64,000 nt of DNA from assembly GCA_951406725.2 (NCBI GenBank), contig OX597822.1:40238001-40302000 (forward strand), written 5' to 3'. Both the position numbers and the translations under genes were made by a program. This document shows, piece by piece, positions 57,234 to 64,000 of this stretch; positions within the stretch are counted from its first letter, which is position 1; each line of letters opens with the position of its first letter. The notes beneath the pieces are model-generated. The model saw only the letters and a list, made by a program, of their open reading frames with translations, searched no databases and had not been told where the DNA came from. The stretch is from Octopus vulgaris. Taxonomy: Eukaryota.

Positions 57234-57760
57234 CTCTATTGTGTTATAGATTTTGGTCGTATTTTTTCTCATGTTTTGCATTCATATTGGGGTGGGGGTT
57301 AATTGCACGAGGAATATATTGTGTGTAGAGAGGAGGGTACCTCTTGAGTTGTGCTATTGAATTGAAAGTGTCTTGTATAGGATGTGCGTTGTGCTGAAGA
57401 GAACTGCCTTTTGGAGGGTGTAACGTTGTGAGCTGTCGTTGAGGGTTTTATGAATGTAACAACTTGTACTTGGACAGATTCTTCAGCTCAGTTCAGGCAA
57501 TGTTTTCGTCAAATGGAACCGAGATGCCGAAAAGAGTACAAACATTTTCACTGCAGTTCATAAAAATTTTATGTGGATATTGATGTGTGTCGAACAAATG
57601 AGGAGGAAGAGGAGGGATCTCAGAACATGCAACAAAATAAAGAATTTATTTAAATTGAATATTTCAGTAGATTGAACGTAATTTTCTGAAATTGCATTTT
57701 AATATTTGGGAATATTTCTCTGCTATTCTGTTTCTCTCTGATTTTATGATTTTGTGTCTT

Positions 57761-58270
57761 TAAGCAGCTGTTGCTAACTTAAACATTATGCCTATCGAAT
57801 ATTTTCTTATATTTATGCGTTATGGAAACATGTTCATTTACCAGGATCAGAAATATATTGACTTCTAGGTCCATGCTATATAGACCGGTATTAAACCAGA
57901 TGGTGCTTCTTTGCTTAATTTTGTTAGGGTTTTTTTCCCCACATATTCAATATTTACTTTGTGCCTCTCCTTATTAATGCATAATTATAGTATTGAATAT
58001 TTTCCTGGGGGAGACCAGATGTGATAGGGGGGATGTAAGTGGGGCAGCGCAGTTGGGTATCTGTTGATGGTTCTACTTCAAGTCAGACTTAATGGCGGTC
58101 ATGATCTGCTGCTCTCTAGCCATGACCATCACGTCTTTTAATCTGGCAATATGTGTCTGAGATAATAACATCCGCTGAGTTATTCCATTTGAAAATAACT
58201 TTGCTGCTATTTCTGGTCGGGCGACCGACCACGTATTGGTTTATGGATTTATGGTAAATGGATGTGGTTA
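57761..58270 (-). pseudogene. Decayed Penelope-like element ORF fragment (Naiad-like, RT C-terminal/linker region)
   Basis: Minus-strand translation KIKQRSTIWFNTGLYSMDLEVNIFLILVNEHVSITHKYKKIFDRHNV*VSNSCL matches the recalled PLE pattern IIWFNPPYS...FL.L..KHFP..H.LHKIFNRN.VKVSYSC. Upstream YNYALIRRG and ITTSIYHKS also fit PLE motifs. Confidence 0.65.
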
Positions 58271-59324
58271 TAAGGAATGTAGTGTGATCGGTTATGTGAA
58301 ATGAGGGTGTGCTTATGCGGTGTAGTGGTGTGGTTGTCTTTTGTGCTGGCGTGTGTAGATTTAGCAGCAAAGAGATGTCGGGGTGTATAGGGTTTCCGTG
58401 TGGTAGTGTGGCGTTCGGATGCAGCGTGTGGTTCTGGCGATGTCGTGGCATGGAACTGTAGCATAAAATCCTTACTGCATTTAAGTATTGGATTGTTGGA
58501 TTAAATCCACCTTACCCCCACCCTACAGAGATAATAAGATTAACAGTTGGATAGACGTGGATTCTAAGCTTTCAACACAACCACACCCTCATATCAAATA
58601 TCGTAAAGTTGGAGAAGAAACTATCTCAATGCTTGTGATGATGATGAAGCTTGGTTTGATGGTTGGTGCTCATCAGGGTAATGGCAATGGTGTTGCTGGC
58701 CACGCTGATTAGTTTGATGTTGGTGATGATGGTGGTAGTGATGATGAGGATGGTGTGGCCGATGAAAATGGTGGTGTTGGTGGTGATGTTAGTCGCGATC
58801 TTCTGGATTAAAATTTAAATTTGATATCATATATTAATTTCATTTAATTTTCCTCTCTCTCTGTAACTATTTATCTATTTCTATCTGTCTGACTACGTGT
58901 GTATGTGTCTAGGAACTAGAAACCCCTAAACTCTTACCAGAATTAGAAATCCTGTGAAGGACAATCACGCAATATAAATGCATAGCATAATATATACAAC
59001 AAAACCGCCACAAACCAGGAAACAGAGAATATGTGAATAAGTTTAACCCTACGAGAACTAGAATTTTAATCAAGTACAGTTTAGAACACAAGATACAAAC
59101 AGTTCAGTCAATGAGAACAGCAAATGTATACCTTCGTCTATAGACTTTCAAGAAAGCGTTAAATCATTCTATAGTGGAACAGTAGATCTCGAAGAACATA
59201 TAAAATTTTAAAAATTAGTATGTAAATACTCATAGCTGTATGTGCTTCTCGATTCACTGTTCCATGAAGATTATATATTTAAACAAACATACACTCACAC
59301 ATACACAAGTTTGAATGTACCTAT

Positions 59325-59358
<34 letters not shown>

Positions 59359-60277
59359 ATGCAGAGAGAGAGAGGGAGGGAGGTGGATAACACATAAGTT
59401 GTACTCGCCGTGTGAATAACCAAGAAAATAAGTATATTCATGCGTTCACATATATGAACATACGTATGTGCGCGCGTATTTGATTTTATATATGTTATAC
59501 ATACATAAATGTATGTGTGTGTATATATACATTTATGCACATTTATGGTTATGCAGACAACACCACATACCTACATAAACATATAAATAAATGTAGAATG
59601 AATACGTGTAGCAATGAGCTAAAATTTATCAGTATAAATATGTATAAATAAGGTAAATACCTATATAACAGCGTTATGTAGTAGTAAGATGATATAGGAA
59701 ATGGGTGAATATTAAAGCGTGGTGCTGGAATAACAAGATGGTTAACGGGTGTATTATTTACCATTATCTTGCATAAAGTCGTATATTATTACACGATGCA
59801 TGTTGTGGTAAAGGAACAGTAAATGCAGTGTTAATGATTCGCTGCAGGGAGTCTGAGAATATTTGTGTTATATGCAGAAAGAAGGACGAACATCCATACG
59901 ATGTTAATTAATCGCGAGGTGGAATTTCTGGGACTGACATTCTAGACACGAATATGAATATCAACGAATTTGTTATATTACATATATACATAAAGCATAT
60001 TACTACGCGCGCGCACGCACACACACACACACACACACATACACACACAGTTTTATTCTTTTACTTGTTTCAGTCATTTGACTGTGCTCATGGAAGTGCA
60101 CCGCCTGTTAGTCAAAGAAATCAATCCTTGGATTTATTCTTTGCAATCTTGGTGCGTATTCTACCGCTCTCTTCTGTCGAACTGATAAGTTACGGGAACG
60201 TCAACACACCAACATCGGTTATCAAGCGATGGTGAGGGGACGAACACACACAAACATATATATATATATATATATAT

Positions 60278-60590
60278 TATTAATAAAATAGATGGAATAA
60301 AAGATTTTATTTAGTACGACACATGTTTCGACCTGTTCTGGGTCTCTTCGGGTACATAAATAAATATTTATCTACCCGAAGAGACCCAAAACGGGCCGAA
60401 ACATGTGTCATTCTAAATAAAATCTTTTACTCATTCCATCCATCTATTTTATTAATACTGTTACCTTAACCGCCACTACGATGTTCCTGCAACAAATCTA
60501 CGGATAACAACGGATAATCGGGACTGTGGCAGTGCTTTACTCATCATCTATTTATAAATTTTGTACAATTTCTCCATTTTATATATACAT
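60278..60590. mobile_element. Penelope-type terminal repeat with partial inverted copy and two hammerhead-like motifs
   Basis: Inverted arms 60278-60354 and 60373-60457, each carrying CCGAAGA-GACC..GG(T/C)C-GAAAC-ATGT-GTC. Confidence 0.7.
60314..60355 (-). ncRNA. Minimal type-I hammerhead ribozyme-like motif (U4C variant)
   Basis: gtac|CCGAAGA|gacc-cagaaca-ggtc|GAAA|c-atgt-g|TC|gtac: stems I, II and III all pair. Confidence 0.65.
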
Positions 60591-60599
60591 ATTTATATA

Positions 60600-60790
60600 T
60601 AGGGAGAGTTTACAAAAAGAAATAATAAAAGACGAAGACAGGTGGTGTACAAAACAAACAGATGTATTAGTATAACGCTCAGGAATAGAAAGTCTTTTAC
60701 GTTTCCAGCCTACGCTCTTCTACAGAAAGGGACACAGAAAAAACAAGGAGAGAAAAAAATGTGTGTAGTGGCTAACGATATATCATGGCG
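60600..60790 (-). mobile_element. Short PLE-type repeat (family H)
   Basis: Minus strand cttt|CTGTAGAA|gagc-gtag-gctg|GAAA-CG-TA|aaag. Tail cacctgtcttcgtctttt is shared with the 3250 copy. Confidence 0.65.
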
Positions 60791-60810
60791 TCTGGCTTCT
60801 TTCAGTTTCC

Positions 60811-60986
60811 TTATTTCTTTATTGTCCACAAGGGGCTAAACATAGAGGGGACAAACAAGGACAGACAAACGGATGAAAGGCAAAGTCACCTCGGCGGTAT
60901 TTGAACTCAGAACGTAACCGCAGAAGAAATGCCGCTAAGCATTTCGCCCGGCGTGCTAACGTTTCTGCCAACTCGCCGCCTTCAAA
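60811..60986 (-). mobile_element. SINE-B with internal deletion, 13 bp TSD, inserted in SINE-A
   Basis: TSD tctttcagtttcc at 60798-60810 and 60987-60999. Deletion joins aaacggat|gaaaggc. Confidence 0.88.
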
Positions 60987-61245
60987 TCTTTCAGTTTCCG
61001 TCTACGAAATCCACTCACAGGGCTTTGGTCGGCTCAATGCTATAGTAGAAGACACTTGCCCAAGCCTGCACGCTGTGGGACTGAACTGGAAAGCATGTGC
61101 TGGGAAGCTAGCTTGTTACCACACAGCTACGCAGGCGAATCGAAAATCAAAACAAAAATAAGAACTAGAATAGCAGAAGTCAAAAGGAAGTACACGGAGA
61201 ATGTATTAGGCTGACGCTCAGTTTAAGTTGGAAAAAAAAGGTGAG

Positions 61246-61281
61246 CTTGTGACGTTTCGAGCATGTCTCTTCGTCAGGAAG
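61246..61281 (-). ncRNA. Minimal hammerhead ribozyme-like motif with canonical core
   Basis: CTGACGA-A-gag-acatg-ctc-GAAA-CG-TC. Stem I imperfect. Lies in repeat 61165-61350. Confidence 0.55.
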
Positions 61282-61415
61282 AGGAAAGTTCCTGAGTGAA
61301 GGAGAAGAGTAGTCGGAATAAAATCTCATGTTTGTTTACATGGCTGAAGATATGCAGATGAGTGGTCAGTGAGATTTGAGTCTAGCAAAAGAAAGGCATG
61401 GTCTTTCATAAATTA

Positions 61416-61646
61416 TATTCTTTTATTCTTTTACTTGTTTCAATTATTTGGCTGCGGCCATGATGAAGCACCACCTTTAGTCAAACGAATCGACCCCAGG
61501 ACATATTCTTAGTAAGCCTAGTACTTATTCTATCGGTCTCTTTTGCCGAACCACCGAGTAACAGGGACGTAAACACACCAACATCGGTTGTCAATCGATG
61601 GTGGGGCACAAACACAGACACAAAAATACACACACACATACACACA

Positions 61647-61694
<48 letters not shown>

Positions 61695-61856
61695 CACACG
61701 AACTTCTTTCAGTTTCCATCTACCAAATCTGCTCACAATGCTTTGGTCGGCCCGTGGCTATTGTAGAAAACACTTGCCAGAGGAGTCACACAGTGGGACT
61801 GAACCCGGAACAATGTGGCTGGGAAGCAAGCTTATTACCACACATCATCCCCTGTC
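61416..61856 (-). mobile_element. SINE-A, full length
   Basis: Complete colinear match. Confidence 0.88.
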
Positions 61857-61939
61857 TGTATATGTTCTCCTCGGTACATCTGTCCTTGAGCAATATTCTT
61901 AATTTCCCATTGTTGCAGTCCTCTCAGTTGACAAAATGT

Positions 61940-62123
61940 ATAGAACCTGTATTTCAAAGGGCCAGCCCTGTCACACTTTGTGTCACGCTGTATCTCCTTT
62001 AAAGCTACGTTAAGGGTACACGTGACTGTGGAGTGCTCAGTCACTTGCACGTTAATTTCACGAGCAGGAAGTTCCGTCGATCGGATCGACTGGAACACAC
62101 GTCGTCGTAACCGACGGAGTACC
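61940..62123 (+). mobile_element. Tail-type-1 fragment (5'-truncated SINE or LINE end)
   Basis: Matches 44850-45030. Confidence 0.82.
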
Positions 62124-62464
62124 ATATACATGAATTTGGTTCCTTAGAAATATTTATGTTCATAATTTTTTGCTATCTTTCTCTTCAATTAACGATCTTT
62201 AAACAGGTGTACATTCTCTGAAGTTGTCGCTTTACATCAACAAAAAGTTGAAACCAAACAAATTAAAAGACCCGAATCGTGGATAATATTGCAATATTAC
62301 GATATTCCTATACTGTATTGGAAAACTCTAAACCGAAATAAAATATCCGTGAAGTGTCTAATCTCAAAATCTCCAGCATTACCATTTGGGCAATAGATGC
62401 GTATCAACGAACAAAATTTCAACTAACGATGTATATACATGCACTCTTTAAAACACACACACAC

Positions 62465-62543
<79 letters not shown>

Positions 62544-62595
62544 CACTCATTCACACAAACATAAATATATGTACACATGCACATGTGTGTGTATG

Positions 62596-62636
<41 letters not shown>

Positions 62637-62951
62637 TCAAACTTACATAGATACATGCATATGTATGCATGCATTTATATATGTATCTATGTGCGTATGT
62701 ACGTGTGTATGTGCATTCGTTTATCGTGCTATTTGAAGTTTGACGTATGCCATGATATTTTTACGTAACATAGTTGTTACATTCTGACGAAAACGTTCAA
62801 TATGAACTAATCGATTCTCTATGGAATGCGTGGGTTTCAAGAGATTCTCTCTGGGGCATATGTATCTATCTAGATATAAATCTCACATTGTCGTTATGTT
62901 TTTCAGGTCCGGTCACTTTAAAGCAATTTTATTATTGTAAAGAGAATCTCC

Positions 62952-62995
<44 letters not shown>

Positions 62996-63423
62996 TTCTG
63001 AAATACTTTTCTATTTCGTAGTTTAAGCAATTTTCAATACGAAATTATCTGATATTGGGATGATATATTTAAAAGATGAAATATTAGATCTTTCCTGCGC
63101 AAACGTACTGAAAAATGCTTCGTTCCTCCCTATTTAAGACATTAGCCTGTTGGGTCAGTATGTTATATTTCTCGGTTATACATAGGCTGTGTCTGTTGCC
63201 GTTTCCAACTCATGGCTTCGTTTCTTCGACGTTTCCTTCTTCTTCTGGAATAGCATCGTTTATTTTCTATCTTTTTGAGATTCCATCTGTTGTAATAGCG
63301 GTATGGAATTACTTTTTTGTGTATATCAAGTTTTGAAAGGTGTCTATGTTACCTAATGGTGTTACCTCAGGGATCATACAGCACTTGAAACGTCGAGATG
63401 CGCCACGGAGATTCATGTATATG

Positions 63424-63528
63424 GTACTCTGTCGGTTACGACGACATGTGTTCCAGTCGATCCGATCGACGGAACTGCCTGCTCGTGAAATTAACTTGCA
63501 AGTGATTGAGCACTCCACGGAGATGTGC
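63424..63528 (-). mobile_element. Tail-type-1 fragment
   Basis: gtcggttacgacgac...gctcgtgaaattaacttgcaagtgattgagcactccac. Confidence 0.82.
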
Positions 63529-64000
63529 CAACTGCATAGAATACAGTACAATGCAATGCATACATATGAATATCAGTGTGTGTACACATATACAAATAAA
63601 TACTTAGACATAAACATCTATATAAATACTAGATATGAGAGAGAGAGAGAGAGTGGGGGAGGAGAAGAGATAGCGATAGAGTGCAGATGCTGGAGAAGAA
63701 GAAAATACAGAGCGCAATACATAAGTAGGAAGTACTCTGCCCAGATAAACCTCTTAAATAGACTGTTAAGCGTTTATAACAATGTTGCTTATCTATTTAT
63801 CTCTTTGTCTTTCCCCCTCTTCACACAATACCTTCTATATACACACACATACATACATACATTCACTCACACACACACACGTATATGTCAATCTATCATT
63901 GTCTAATCATTTATATATCTATCAATCGATCTATTTATCTATCGATCTGTTTATCTATCTACCGAGTCATGCATCTGCCTTGATATTTTTCATTTCTCTT

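Larger units (their letters stand above)
60050..61135 (-). mobile_element. SINE-A split by three younger insertions
   Basis: 3' half at 60050-60256, ggcttctttcagtttcc at 60794-60810, 5' half resumes at 60987-61135. Confidence 0.8.

Overview
AT-rich, microsatellite-saturated animal genomic DNA. The SINE families resemble those I recall from octopus/cephalopod genomes (inference, not searched). It reads as intronic or intergenic: no host protein-coding gene could be recognised, and nearly all listed ORFs are translations of (TA)n/(CA)n/(TATC)n repeats. Real coding relics are a 5'-truncated CR1-group LINE RT (7629-9485, one frameshift, one CGA>TGA stop) inside a TA satellite, an internally deleted Tc1/mariner element nested in a Tc2/pogo-like MITE (49930-50909), and a decayed Penelope-like (Naiad-type) ORF (~57760-58270). 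About 35 copies or fragments of three tRNA-derived SINE groups occur, many with TSDs, nesting, swapped modules or inverted pairing. The most notable signal is a dispersed set of about a dozen minimal type-I hammerhead-ribozyme-like motifs (CUGANGA-stem II-GAAAC..UH) in short non-coding Penelope-type repeats. These include an inverted ribozyme pair (60278-60457), a subfamily with a shared A6U core change, and a tRNA-headed SINE with a degenerate hammerhead-type tail (26347-26671). Also seen: a tRNA-Lys(UUU) 5' half fused to a SINE (32420-32457) at the end of a near-perfect palindrome. All calls were made by eye.
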